DNA of 64,000 nt. Source: an uncultured Gemmatimonadaceae bacterium (lineage in GTDB: Bacteria; Gemmatimonadota; Gemmatimonadetes; Gemmatimonadales; GWC2-71-9). The DNA lies in contig CAYQXR010000001.1 in NCBI GenBank assembly GCA_964421625.1, positions 40,756-104,755 of the forward strand. Reading direction: 5' to 3'. The position numbers and the translations under genes are program-made. Shown piece after piece: positions 36,934-46,207 of this stretch; position 1 is the stretch's first letter, and each line of letters begins with the position of its first letter. The notes under the pieces were generated by a model. It searched no databases and was not told where the DNA came from. It saw only the letters and a program-made list of their open reading frames with translations.

Positions 36934-37734
36934 TCAGAGGCCCGTGGGGTGGTCGTGAAAACTCCAGGGCAGATCGTAGCGCTCGCCCACGAGTTCGGCG
37001 AGGGCCCGCACGCCGACGGTCTCGGTGGCGTAGTGCCCGGCGTAGTAGACATTGACGCCGTACTCGAGCGCGTCGAATGTGGTGTGGTGCGCTCCCTCGC
37101 CGGTGATGAAGGTGTCGAGCCCTGCGGCGGCTGCCGCGGCGATGCGGTCGCCTGCGCTGCCGGTGATGATGCCCACGCGGGTGACGGTCTCCGGGCCACC
37201 GGGAATGAGATGCACGCTGCCACCGAGCAATTCGGTGAGACGATTCGCCAGCGCATCGCGCGACATGATCAGATGGCCGGCTGCGCCGAACGGAATGCCC
37301 TGCCACTGATCGAAGGGCGCCGGGTCGAGCAGCCCGAGCATCCGGGCCAGCACGACATTGTTGCCGACCTCCGGGTGGACATCAAGCGGAATGTGCGCCG
37401 AGTAGACTGCGATGTCGTGACGGAGGAGGGCATGGAGCCGCCGGTAGCGGCGGTCCGTGACGGGACGATTGCCGTCCCAGAACAGACCGTGATGCACCAG
37501 CAGGAGCGTGCCGGGCGGCGAGGTTTCGATCACCCGATCGATGGTGCGCTGCGAGGCGTCGACCGCCCCAACGATGGCAGTGACCGGCAGGCGATGTTCG
37601 ACCTGCAAGCCGTTCACCGCATTGGGTGCGTCGGGGAGTTCGCGGATCTGCAGGTAGTCGTCGAGCCAGGTGGTGATTTCGAGCAGGCTCGGGCCCGACA
37701 TGTCGACCATGAGATCGTCGTGCACGTGATCCAT
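36934..37734 (-). CDS. Nif3-like dinuclear metal centre protein (YbgI/GTP cyclohydrolase 1 type 2 family)
   Basis: ATG at 37734 overlaps the parB stop (ATGA). Motifs NGLQVE, LLLVHHGLFW and FITGEGAHHT. Confidence 0.85.
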   Translation of the reverse strand: MDHVHDDLMVDMSGPSLLEITTWLDDYLQIRELPDAPNAVNGLQVEHRLPVTAIVGAVDASQRTIDRVIETSPPGTLLLVHHGLFWDGNRPVTDRRYRRLHALLRHDIAVYSAHIPLDVHPEVGNNVVLARMLGLLDPAPFDQWQGIPFGAAGHLIMSRDALANRLTELLGGSVHLIPGGPETVTRVGIITGSAGDRIAAAAAAGLDTFITGEGAHHTTFDALEYGVNVYYAGHYATETVGVRALAELVGERYDLPWSFHDHPTGL

Positions 37735-38639
37735 CAGCCGTCGAAGGGGTGGCCGAGCAGGATTTCCAGCAGACGGGCCAGATCGTCGGAGGAGTAGTAG
37801 GCCAGCGCGAGCGTGCCGCGGCCACGGCGCTTGGCCGTCAGGCGGACGTCGGTGCCGAGCCGCTGGCGGAGCACTTCCTCGATGCGGCGCGCGTCGGCGG
37901 TCACCTGGCGCGGCGCGGCCTTCTTCATCATCGATCCGCGCGGCTTGGCGGCGTCGTCGCCGCGAACGCGTGCCTCGGTTTCGCGTACCGACCATCCCTC
38001 GGCTACCGCGGTGGTGGCCATCCGGGTGATGGCGGCCGGATGCGGCAGCGCCAGCAGCGCGCGGGCATGGCCACCGGACAGCGAGCCGGCCTGCATCATC
38101 ACCTGCACCTCGGCGGGCAACTTCAGCAGCCGCAACATGTTGGCGACGGTTGACCGATCTTTGCCCACCAGCCGCGCCACCTCGGCGGGCGAGAGCTGGA
38201 ACTCGTCCTGCATGCGCTGATACCCGGCGGCCTCATCCAGCGGCGTGAGGTCGTCGCGCTGCAGGTTCTCGATCATTGCGAGGGTGAGCGCGGTGCGGTC
38301 ATCGAACTCGCGGACCACGGCAGTCACGGTGGCCCAGCCGAGACGCTGCACGGCGCGCCAGCGGCGTTCGCCGGCCACCAGTTGCCAGCGACCCTCGTCC
38401 ATCGGTCGGACCACGATGGGCTGCAACAGGCCCGAGGCCTCGATCGAGGCGGTGAGTTCGGTCAGCGCGTCGTCGTCGAAGACACGGCGGGGCTGCCAGG
38501 GATTGGCGGTGATGGCGCTGAGGGGAATTTCGCGCAGCGCCTCGCCGGGCTCGGCTGTCGGCTCGCGGGAGATGGGCCCGAGCAGCGCCTCCAGGCCGCG
38601 CCCCAGCCCGCGTCGGGACGTCGACTTGGACTGCGTCAT
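37734..38639 (-). CDS. parB: chromosome partitioning protein ParB
   Basis: ATG at 38639 overlaps the parA stop. Motifs [30 protein letters not shown], and the [27 protein letters not shown]. Confidence 0.95.
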   Translation of the reverse strand: MTQSKSTSRRGLGRGLEALLGPISREPTAEPGEALREIPLSAITANPWQPRRVFDDDALTELTASIEASGLLQPIVVRPMDEGRWQLVAGERRWRAVQRLGWATVTAVVREFDDRTALTLAMIENLQRDDLTPLDEAAGYQRMQDEFQLSPAEVARLVGKDRSTVANMLRLLKLPAEVQVMMQAGSLSGGHARALLALPHPAAITRMATTAVAEGWSVRETEARVRGDDAAKPRGSMMKKAAPRQVTADARRIEEVLRQRLGTDVRLTAKRRGRGTLALAYYSSDDLARLLEILLGHPFDG

Positions 38640-39430
38640 CGGGCCCCCGGGTCGGCAGCGAGCGCCGCGGTCCGCTTCATCAGTTCCTGCGCCACGGCCA
38701 GATAGCTCTTGGCGCCCACCGACTGGAGGTCGTAGAGCAGAATCGGCTCGCCGAAGGAGGGGGCCTCGGCGAGGCGGATGTTCCTGGGGATCACGGTGCG
38801 GAACACCTTGGCCCCGAAGTAGTCGCGGGCCTCGGAGGCCACCTCGCGGGCGAGATTCAGCCGGGCATCGTACATGGTGAGCAGGACGCCATCGAGCTGG
38901 AAGTCGGGATTGAAGTTCTGCTGAACGAGCCGTATCGTGTTGATTAGCTGAGAGATACCCTCCAATGCATAGTATTCGCATTGAATGGGAATGATCACGG
39001 CATCGGCGCCGGCGAGGACGTTCAGGGTCACCATGCCCAGGGACGGTGGGCAGTCCACCAATACGTATTCATAGGATGACCGGACGGCATCGAGGGCGCG
39101 GCGGAGGACCGTCTCGCGGCGCTCCTTGCCGATCAGCTCGATCTCGGCGCCGACCAGATCCTGATTGGCGGGGACCACGTGCAGGTAGGGGAGCCGTTCG
39201 TGCTGGTGCACCACATCGGCCACTGGCACGCCGTCGACCAGGACGTCGTAGAGCGACCGGGGGGCGGTGTTCTTGTCGACGCCGACGCCGGAGGTGGCGT
39301 TGCCCTGCGGGTCCGCGTCGACCAGGAGCGTGCGCCGCTCCGCGATCGCCAGGGAGGCTGCGAGATTGACGGCGGTGGTCGTCTTGCCCACGCCGCCCTT
39401 CTGATTTGCGATCGCGATGATTCTGGCCAT
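38636..39430 (-). CDS. parA: chromosome partitioning ATPase ParA/Soj
   Basis: Deviant Walker [19 protein letters not shown], plus [11 protein letters not shown] and [10 protein letters not shown]. Confidence 0.95.
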   Translation of the reverse strand: MARIIAIANQKGGVGKTTTAVNLAASLAIAERRTLLVDADPQGNATSGVGVDKNTAPRSLYDVLVDGVPVADVVHQHERLPYLHVVPANQDLVGAEIELIGKERRETVLRRALDAVRSSYEYVLVDCPPSLGMVTLNVLAGADAVIIPIQCEYYALEGISQLINTIRLVQQNFNPDFQLDGVLLTMYDARLNLAREVASEARDYFGAKVFRTVIPRNIRLAEAPSFGEPILLYDLQSVGAKSYLAVAQELMKRTAALAADPGAR

Positions 39431-39496
39431 GGCGGAAAGATACCGTGGGCCGGATGAGGACGGAAGGCGTCGGGGGTTGTGGTGGAGTTGTCGCCC

Positions 39497-39512
39497 TGTT
39501 CCACGTGAAACA
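39497..39512. promoter_or_regulatory. parS site (TGTTCCACGTGAAACA)
   Basis: 15/16 match to the parS consensus TGTTTCACGTGAAACA, in the parA-mnmG intergenic region. Confidence 0.85.
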
Positions 39513-39543
39513 AGCAGGGGTGTCGCCTGGGCCGCCGGTTGGC

Positions 39544-39559
39544 CGTTTCACGTGAAACA
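39544..39559. promoter_or_regulatory. parS site (CGTTTCACGTGAAACA)
   Basis: 15/16 match to the parS consensus, 47 nt from the first site. Confidence 0.85.
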
Positions 39560-39579
39560 GCCTGGCGCCGACCGGGGAG

Positions 39580-41433
39580 CTACTTCCTGGACCCCTGCGT
39601 CAGCAGCACCAGCAGGTCGGCCGGGGACACGCCGGGAATCCGCCCGGCCTGTCCCAGCGTTCCGGGGCGGATCCGACTGAGCTTCTCGCGCGACTCCCAG
39701 GAGAGCGCCGTCATTTCCTGGTAGGGGAGGTCGTCCGGCAGTCGCATCGCCTCCTGTTCCGCCATCCGCGCCGCCTGCTCCCGCTCCCGCGCGAGATATC
39801 CGGCGTACTGCAGTTCTATGCCGGCCCACTCCGCGTCCTCCGATGCCACCGTAATCCCTGCCGCCTCGAATAGATCGTTCAGCGCCAATCCCGGACGCTT
39901 GACGACTTCGCTGATGCGGGTCGGCTCGGGCAGTGGCGTGCTCCCGGCCCGCTCCAGCAGGGCCGCCGCCTGTTCCGGCGACACCACGGCGGCGCGAGCC
40001 AGGTCGAGCGCGGCGTCTTCCCGGGCCAGTTGGGCCTCGGACGCGGCGCGCTCCTCCTCGCTCCAGAGGCCGAGCCGGAGGGCCAGCGGGGCCAGGCGGC
40101 GCAGCGCGTTCTCCTGCCGCAGCAGCAACCGGAACTCGGCGCGGGAGGTGAACAAACGGTACGGTTCGTCGACGCCGCGGGTGACCAGATCGTCGACCAG
40201 TACCCCGATGTAGCCCTCGTCGCGGGCAATGGTGACCGGTTCCAGCTCCAGCGCCAGCGCGGCGGCGTTCAGGCCGGCCAGTGCTCCCTGCCCCGCCGCC
40301 TCCTCGTAGCCGGTGGTCCCGTTGATCTGTCCCGCCGTGAACAGGCCGGGCACGCCCCGCACTGCCAGATGGGCGTCGAGCTGCGTGGGCGGGAGATAGT
40401 CGTACTCGATGGCGTACCCGGGACGGGTCATGGCCACCTGCTCCAGGCCCGGCACCAGCCGCAGCATCTCTTCCTGGATGGCCGGGGGCAGCGAGGTCGA
40501 GAGCCCCGCCACGTACAGCTCCTCGGTGTCCAGCCCCTCGGGTTCCAGAAATACCTGGTGCCTGGGCGCGTCGGGGAACTTGACGATCTTGTCTTCCACC
40601 GAGGGGCAGTAGCGCGGCCCGCGGCCAGCGATTGCCCCGCCGTACAGGGCGCTCTCCGCCAGGTGCTCCCGGATGAAGGCCTTCACCGGTTCGCCGGCCC
40701 AGGTCAGCCAGCACGAGCGCTGGTCGGGTCGGGCCGCCCGGACATGGTTGGAGAACCAGTAGGGGCCCGGGTCGCTGTCCTGGGGTTCCATGCCCAGTCG
40801 GTCGACCGTCCGCCCGTCGACCCTCGGCGGCGTGCCCGTCTTGAAGCGTTCGACGGTAAGTCCAAGATCTGCAAGGTGTTGCGACAGCTCGACGGAGGGT
40901 GGTTCACCGGCTCGGCCCGCCGCAATGGTGGTCGAGGTGCCGACGTGGATCGCGCCCCGCAGGAAGGTCCCCGTGGTCACCACCACGGCGCGGGCAGCGA
41001 TCCGGCGGCCATCGGTGGTGATCACCCCCGTCACTCGATCGCCGGTCAGCAGAAAGCGCGCGGCCGATCCCTGCACCAGGCGGATCGGGTGGCGCACCGG
41101 GAGGGTGTCGAGCAGGTGGCGCACGGCGGTGCGGTACAGCGTGCGGTCGCACTGGGCCCGAGGGGAGGCTACCGCCGGTCCCTTGCTCGCGTTGAGCATG
41201 CGGAACTGGATCATCGCCCGGTCGGTGGCTCGGCCCATGATCCCCCCGAGGGCATCGACCTCGCGGACCACGGTGCCCTTGGCGATGCCGCCGATCGCCG
41301 GATTGCACGACATCATCCCGATGGTGTCGAGCTGCTGGGTCAGCAGCGTCACGCGCGCGCCGCGCCGCGCCGCCAGGGCCGCGGCCTCGACGCCGGCGTG
41401 GCCGCCACCCAGGATGAGCACGTCGGTCTGCAT
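39580..41433 (-). CDS. mnmG: tRNA uridine 5-carboxymethylaminomethyl modification enzyme MnmG (GidA)
   Basis: DVLILGGGHAGVEAA FAD fold, plus MSCNPAIGGIAKG, TGTFL, GPRYCPSIE-like GPRYCPSVEDK and GQINGTTGYEEAA. Confidence 0.96.
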   Translation of the reverse strand: MQTDVLILGGGHAGVEAAALAARRGARVTLLTQQLDTIGMMSCNPAIGGIAKGTVVREVDALGGIMGRATDRAMIQFRMLNASKGPAVASPRAQCDRTLYRTAVRHLLDTLPVRHPIRLVQGSAARFLLTGDRVTGVITTDGRRIAARAVVVTTGTFLRGAIHVGTSTTIAAGRAGEPPSVELSQHLADLGLTVERFKTGTPPRVDGRTVDRLGMEPQDSDPGPYWFSNHVRAARPDQRSCWLTWAGEPVKAFIREHLAESALYGGAIAGRGPRYCPSVEDKIVKFPDAPRHQVFLEPEGLDTEELYVAGLSTSLPPAIQEEMLRLVPGLEQVAMTRPGYAIEYDYLPPTQLDAHLAVRGVPGLFTAGQINGTTGYEEAAGQGALAGLNAAALALELEPVTIARDEGYIGVLVDDLVTRGVDEPYRLFTSRAEFRLLLRQENALRRLAPLALRLGLWSEEERAASEAQLAREDAALDLARAAVVSPEQAAALLERAGSTPLPEPTRISEVVKRPGLALNDLFEAAGITVASEDAEWAGIELQYAGYLAREREQAARMAEQEAMRLPDDLPYQEMTALSWESREKLSRIRPGTLGQAGRIPGVSPADLLVLLTQGSRK

Positions 41434-41471
41434 GGGGGGAATCTAGGGGTGGTGGAGCGGGGGGGCCTCGA

Positions 41472-42973
41472 CGTGTTGAGCACCAGTGATAATGTCCCCT
41501 CGGGACACCATTAGAACTGTCCCCTAGCTTCGGGCCTCCTTGAGCGGAGGCCCGGGTGGATCGGACAGCGATGAGTACTCGAGAGGTGGGCCGCGCTGCG
41601 GTGCTGCAGCGCGTGGTGGCGGGGGACCTGTCCTTGACGGCGGCGGTGCCGCTGTTGGCGGTGAGCTATCGGCAGGCCAAGCGGCTGCTCCAGCGGTTCC
41701 GGGGCGGGGGGGCGCGAGCGCTGGTGCATCGGAGTGTGGGGCAGGCCTCGAATCGGGCGCGCCCGTCGGGGCAGCGGGCGGCGGTGCTGGCGCTGGTGCG
41801 CGCGCACTACAGCGGCCCGGCCGAGCGGGGCCCGGGGCAGCGGTTCGGCCCGACGCTGACGGCCGAGCATCTGCGAGCGGACCATGGGGTGGGGGTGTCG
41901 GTGACGACGCTGACGCGGTGGATGCGAGCCGAGGGCCTGTGGGGGCGTCGGCGGCGGGGCAGCCCGCGCCCCCAGCGGCGGGTGCGCAAGCCGCATTTCG
42001 GCGAGCTGGTGCAGCTCGACGGGAGCTTCCACGACTGGTTCGAGGGGCGAGGGCCCCGGGCGTGCATGATGACGATGGTGGATGACGCGACCGGACAGAC
42101 CCTGCTGCGGGTCGGGGCCGAAGAGACGACCTGGGCGGCGGCAGACATCCTGCAAGCGTGGATCGCGGCCTACGGCGTGCCGTTGGCCCTCTACGTGGAC
42201 CGGAAGAGCGTCTACCTGCGGGCCCCCACGGCGCACGAGGCGGCGTGCGGGGTGGCACCGGTGACGCAGTTTGGTCGGATGTGCCAGAAGCTGGGGATCC
42301 AGGTGATCGGGGCGGGGAGTCCCCAAGCGAAGGGGCGGGTGGAGCGCGGCCACGGGACCCATCAGGACCGGTTGATCAAGAAGCTCCGGCTGCAGGGCAT
42401 CGCCGACGTGGCCACGGCGAACGCCTACCTGGCCGAGACCTACCTGCCGGCCCACAACGCCCGCTTCGCGGTGCCGCCCGCGGCGCCCGCGGACTATCAC
42501 CGGCCCCGGGAGCCGGCATGGGCGGATGCGGACGTCTTCTGCCTGGAGACGCCGCGGGTGGTCGGGGCGGACTTCGTGGTGCAATACCATCGGCAGGGCT
42601 TGCAGTTGGACCGGAGCAGTCGGGGGCGGGTCCCGGCGAAGAGTCGGGTCGTGGTGCGTGAGCTCCAGGATGGGACGCTGCGGCTCATCCACCAGCCGGT
42701 CGGGGGCCGGGAGCGGGTGGTGGGATGGACCCCCGCCGCCCCGCGCCTCCCCAAGCCCGCAGCGCCCGCCCCGCCGCCCCCCGAGCGCCCGGTGGCGCGT
42801 CCAAGCCCCGAGCACCCGTGGCGCCACCAACATCGCCGCTGGCAGGCCGAGGCCTGCGCGGCACGGGACCGTCGGACCGTCGCGGGATGAGCCCGGATCG
42901 GTCTGCACCCGCACCCCAAGGGGACAGTTCTACTGGTGGAACACAGGGGACATTTCTATTGGTGGTTGACACG
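41472..42973 (+). mobile_element. complete ISNCY-family insertion sequence (1502 bp)
   Basis: Imperfect ~55-bp terminal inverted repeats at 41472..41527 and 42918..42973, each carrying two TGTCCCCT motifs. They are flanked by the 12-bp direct repeat GGGGGGCCTCGA (41460..41471 and 42974..42985). The element holds a single transposase ORF. Confidence 0.85.
41556..42890 (+). CDS. ISNCY family transposase (HTH + DDE/integrase core)
   Basis: The N-terminal HTH (REVGRAAVLQRVVAGDLSLTAAVPLLAVSYRQAKRLLQRFRGGGARALVHRSVGQASNRA) is typical of ISNCY transposases. The catalytic core includes VQLDGSFHDWF...YVDRKSVY...QAKGRVER. Confidence 0.85.
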   Translation: MDRTAMSTREVGRAAVLQRVVAGDLSLTAAVPLLAVSYRQAKRLLQRFRGGGARALVHRSVGQASNRARPSGQRAAVLALVRAHYSGPAERGPGQRFGPTLTAEHLRADHGVGVSVTTLTRWMRAEGLWGRRRRGSPRPQRRVRKPHFGELVQLDGSFHDWFEGRGPRACMMTMVDDATGQTLLRVGAEETTWAAADILQAWIAAYGVPLALYVDRKSVYLRAPTAHEAACGVAPVTQFGRMCQKLGIQVIGAGSPQAKGRVERGHGTHQDRLIKKLRLQGIADVATANAYLAETYLPAHNARFAVPPAAPADYHRPREPAWADADVFCLETPRVVGADFVVQYHRQGLQLDRSSRGRVPAKSRVVVRELQDGTLRLIHQPVGGRERVVGWTPAAPRLPKPAAPAPPPPERPVARPSPEHPWRHQHRRWQAEACAARDRRTVAG

Positions 42974-43087
42974 GGGGGGCCTCGACGCTGGCGCCAGCCG
43001 CCGACCCCGGGTACCATTCGGCACGTGGACAATCCGGGCCGAGCCGCTGCGCTCGGCACTTCCCCGATCGGCGCTGCCCGAGGCCGC

Positions 43088-44212
43088 ATGATCAACCGTC
43101 CGTGGTTCCGCATCCAGCACATCCGGTGGGCACTCGTATCGGTGCTCGGCGTCCTGGGGTGCGCGGAGGCTCCCTCGCCTTCGCCGACGGCACTCACGCC
43201 TGAAGCCGTTCTGGCCTCGGACGACTCCGTGTTCTCCCATGACGGGTGGTCCCTGGACACGCTGACGCCGACGCCGTTCGGGCCGTATGACCGGATCGGC
43301 GTGGCGAGCTGGATCTCCTATGCAGACGGCACTGTTTGGCTGACTGATGGATCGGGCGATCCCTTTCTCCATCTCATTGCGGCGGGGTCCGGGGCGTACC
43401 TGCGCTCGGCGGGACGCATGGGGGATGGCCCCGGCGATTTCTCCAGCGCTTGGCATGCTGCCATTCGTCCCGGGCACCCGTCGGAAGGGTGGGTGCTGGA
43501 TGTCGGGCTTCAGCGTCTGACTGCGGTGTTCCGTGATCCGGAGACCCCACCCCGGGTGATCCGGCAGGCGGTGCTTGGACTCACGGAGATCGCCTGGCTC
43601 GATTCGACCCGTCTGCTCGTGCTGACGCGGAGGGACACCGCCCACCTGTCGGTAGTGGATACCGTGGGACAGGTCCTTCAGATGAGTCCTGGGGTTCTCC
43701 TCGGACCAGACTCCGTACCACGCCCCTTGAGAGTTCAGCAATCTGCCTTGGCAAAGGTCTGTGTCCGGCCTGATGGCGACCGATTTGCCCTGGCTTACCG
43801 GCGGGCTGGTCGACTGGCAATTCATGATGCCACCCTCCGGCTCATTCGGACTGCCGAGGTCCCCTTTCCCTCGGAAGGACAGTTTGGTGTCTCGAAGCGG
43901 ATGGGAGAGTGGGGCGAGCGGAGTCGCCGCCTGTTCTACATCGCGTGCACTGCCTCCCAGGATCACCTGTACGCCCTCTTCTCCGGGCGCTTGCAGGACA
44001 GCACCACCACCCCGATTTACGGGACGGGGAAGACCAGCGGCACCTTCGTGCATGTGTTCAATTGGGAGGGTGCCCTGGAGCGGATCTTCTATCTGACACA
44101 CGAAGTGATCTCGATCGTGCAGGTCGGGGACTCGGTGCTGTACGGCAGCAACCCCATGACGGATACGCTCTTCACCTTCCGCATTCCGCCCGCGCAGGGA
44201 GGGGTGCGTTGA
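43088..44212 (+). CDS. hypothetical lipoprotein, probable beta-propeller
   Basis: ATG at 43088 gives MINRPWFRIQHIRWALVSVLGVLGCAE (lipobox). It contains the GRMGDGPGDF motif seen in 6-bladed propeller families. The track start at 42725 lies inside the IS element. Confidence 0.55.
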   Translation: MINRPWFRIQHIRWALVSVLGVLGCAEAPSPSPTALTPEAVLASDDSVFSHDGWSLDTLTPTPFGPYDRIGVASWISYADGTVWLTDGSGDPFLHLIAAGSGAYLRSAGRMGDGPGDFSSAWHAAIRPGHPSEGWVLDVGLQRLTAVFRDPETPPRVIRQAVLGLTEIAWLDSTRLLVLTRRDTAHLSVVDTVGQVLQMSPGVLLGPDSVPRPLRVQQSALAKVCVRPDGDRFALAYRRAGRLAIHDATLRLIRTAEVPFPSEGQFGVSKRMGEWGERSRRLFYIACTASQDHLYALFSGRLQDSTTTPIYGTGKTSGTFVHVFNWEGALERIFYLTHEVISIVQVGDSVLYGSNPMTDTLFTFRIPPAQGGVR

Positions 44213-45867
44213 GCAGGTCACGGCTGCTCGGCATCTCACTGGCCCTGACGCTCCTCCTGGGGCCACTGGCCGGGCAAGCGCCCATGCAAAGGTCGGTCTC
44301 CGACTCGGCGCTGCTGTTGCTGCTGAGCACGGGGAATGAACCCCGGACTTCAGAGTCCTGGGCGATCCGTCCCTTCTGCCGCAAACAGCGTGGCGAGGCG
44401 CGGACGGCGTGCGAGGCACTGGCCAATGTCCGGGCCGGGAGCCCGGCCAGAGTCCCCTCTCGGCGGGTCGATCCGACCGGGCGAATCCCTGGGTCCGAGT
44501 TCATGGTCAACCAGCCGGACATGGGTGTCGTCGATTTGTTGATTGATCTGAATCTCGGTTTCCCCGAATACAAGGCGGAGGGAGAGATGAGTCGGGGTCG
44601 GCGTACCCTGACATCGCTTGTTGCGAAGTATCCCTCGTGGGGGCCCGGATGGTACGGCCTCGCATCAGCCGTGCTCGATATGGATGATCAACCGGACAGC
44701 GCATTGGCCCTGCTGGCGCGGGCACGGGCGAGCGGCGATGTCCCGGATGTTCTCGTCCGGTTCCTCACCGAGCGCGCCCAACTCCGGCTGGGACGCTCCG
44801 ATGCCAGAGACTCGCTGTATGCCCTGTTGACGGGTTCAGATGCCAATCTGTTCAGGGTCTGGATCGATCGCGTGTATTGCCCAGCCTCCAACTGCCCGAT
44901 GGGTGCCCTCACGCGCCAAGCCGTCGAGATGGTGGTGGAACCGCTTTCCCTGCCACCGTGGGCCTATCCCATCCTGGTGCGCAGTCGGATCTGGCCGGTG
45001 CTGCGATCCGACGGGAATCACCTGCAGGTGGGGATCTCGGTGCTGCGACAAAACCTGGCCTTCCGGGAGGTCACCTCTCCGCAGGGGACACGGTTCGTGT
45101 ACCCGCTGCGCGTCCGGATCGTTGCGGTCCGGTCGGACGGACTTCGGATTGTCCAGGATTCAGTCCGCCAGCTTGCGACCGCGATCCCGCTCAATCGGCG
45201 GAGGCAGGAGGACCGGGGCCAGATCGAGCTGCGGTCGGAACTCGTGCTGCCCCCCGGCGAGTATGAAGTTGGTCTCTACCTGTTCGATGAGAAGGGTGGC
45301 GGAGCAGCTCACCGCCATTCTGTCAGTGTCCCCACTCTTCCGGGGCCAGCCCAGATCCTCACGTTCAGCGCCGGTGCTCCCGGGCGAGGTCCCAAGGCCC
45401 CGACCGACGATGGGGACATCTGGCTGGCCCCCGGCAGCGAATGGCTGACCTCCGACAGTGTGGCCCTCTTCGCCCAGTTCGCTGGCCTGCGGCACGGTAC
45501 GGACTATCGAGTGAGTCTCTCCTTCCTGCCCATCCGCCAGACCACTGTCAGCCTCTTCGGACCCACGCTGCGCCCGGATCCGGCCGTCACGATTACTGCC
45601 ACGCTCACGGCCGAAGCAGAGGTGCAAGCCTGGCATCGAATGCTGGCACCGGCCAGCCTGAGGAGCGGCGCCTGGTGTGCGAGCCTGGAACTCCGCGAGG
45701 GCGACTCGGTTGTCTCGGAGCGAACCGTGCCGATGCTGGTCGAGCTCGATTACCAGTCGTGGCCGGACTATCTCTTCGTCAATTACGTAATGCCTGTCAA
45801 GCAGGAGTGTGCGGCCACCACCGTGTTCCGGCTCGGCAAGGAAGTGGGTAGGCCGAGGTTGCGGTAG
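44209..45867 (+). CDS. hypothetical secreted protein
   Basis: TTG at 44209 overlaps the upstream stop (TTGA) and gives a signal-like SRSRLLGISLALTLLLGPLAGQA. It has a helical N-terminal half and a beta-rich C-terminal half. No named motif. Start uncertain. Confidence 0.45.
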   Translation: MSRSRLLGISLALTLLLGPLAGQAPMQRSVSDSALLLLLSTGNEPRTSESWAIRPFCRKQRGEARTACEALANVRAGSPARVPSRRVDPTGRIPGSEFMVNQPDMGVVDLLIDLNLGFPEYKAEGEMSRGRRTLTSLVAKYPSWGPGWYGLASAVLDMDDQPDSALALLARARASGDVPDVLVRFLTERAQLRLGRSDARDSLYALLTGSDANLFRVWIDRVYCPASNCPMGALTRQAVEMVVEPLSLPPWAYPILVRSRIWPVLRSDGNHLQVGISVLRQNLAFREVTSPQGTRFVYPLRVRIVAVRSDGLRIVQDSVRQLATAIPLNRRRQEDRGQIELRSELVLPPGEYEVGLYLFDEKGGGAAHRHSVSVPTLPGPAQILTFSAGAPGRGPKAPTDDGDIWLAPGSEWLTSDSVALFAQFAGLRHGTDYRVSLSFLPIRQTTVSLFGPTLRPDPAVTITATLTAEAEVQAWHRMLAPASLRSGAWCASLELREGDSVVSERTVPMLVELDYQSWPDYLFVNYVMPVKQECAATTVFRLGKEVGRPRLR

Positions 45868-45967
45868 GAGCCCCAAACGGCCCTGGAGGTGGTGGATTCA
45901 AGCTGTCAACGCAACAGGCTCGCCATGCGTTCGGCCGGAGTGTCGAAGTTCAGCGTCTTGCGTGGCC

Positions 45968-46108
45968 GGGCGACCAGCCGGTCGCCCCTACGGTTTCGTC
46001 AGTCGGACGATCCCAGCCGGTCGCCCCTACGGTCTCGTCAGTCGGACGATCACAGCCGGTCGCCCCTACGGTCTCGTCAGTCGGACGATCCCAGCCGGTC
46101 GCCCCTAC
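45968..46108 (-). repeat. REP-like element array (one perfect 24-nt core plus three 39-bp tandem units)
   Basis: GGGCGACCAGCCGGTCGCCCCTAC is the exact reverse complement of the core at 8035 and 9179. It is followed by three copies of ggtYtcgtcagtcggacgatcMcagccggtcgcccctac. The array lies 100 nt upstream of the S9 peptidase start. Confidence 0.85.
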
Positions 46109-46207
46109 AAAGATTCTGGCCCCTCGCCCCCCGCCCCGCCCCCGCCGAGCCGTATAGATTGCAGCATCCACCACGTCCCGCTCACGCCCTCCTGCCAGGG
46201 AGTTCCC

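Noticed and set aside
39431-39579. A possible oriC in the parA-mnmG intergenic region.
   Set aside because: It contains two parS sites, but I could find no cluster of DnaA boxes (TTATCCACA-like) and no AT-rich unwinding element. dnaA and dnaN are not in the window. I report only the parS sites.
45968-46108. A possible miniature CRISPR array (regularly spaced 24-nt palindromic repeats).
   Set aside because: The 39-bp units are contiguous tandem copies. The inter-palindrome sequence is itself repeated (ggtctcgtcagtcggacgatc), so there are no unique spacers. No cas genes are nearby, and the same palindrome occurs singly at other loci, as REP elements do.
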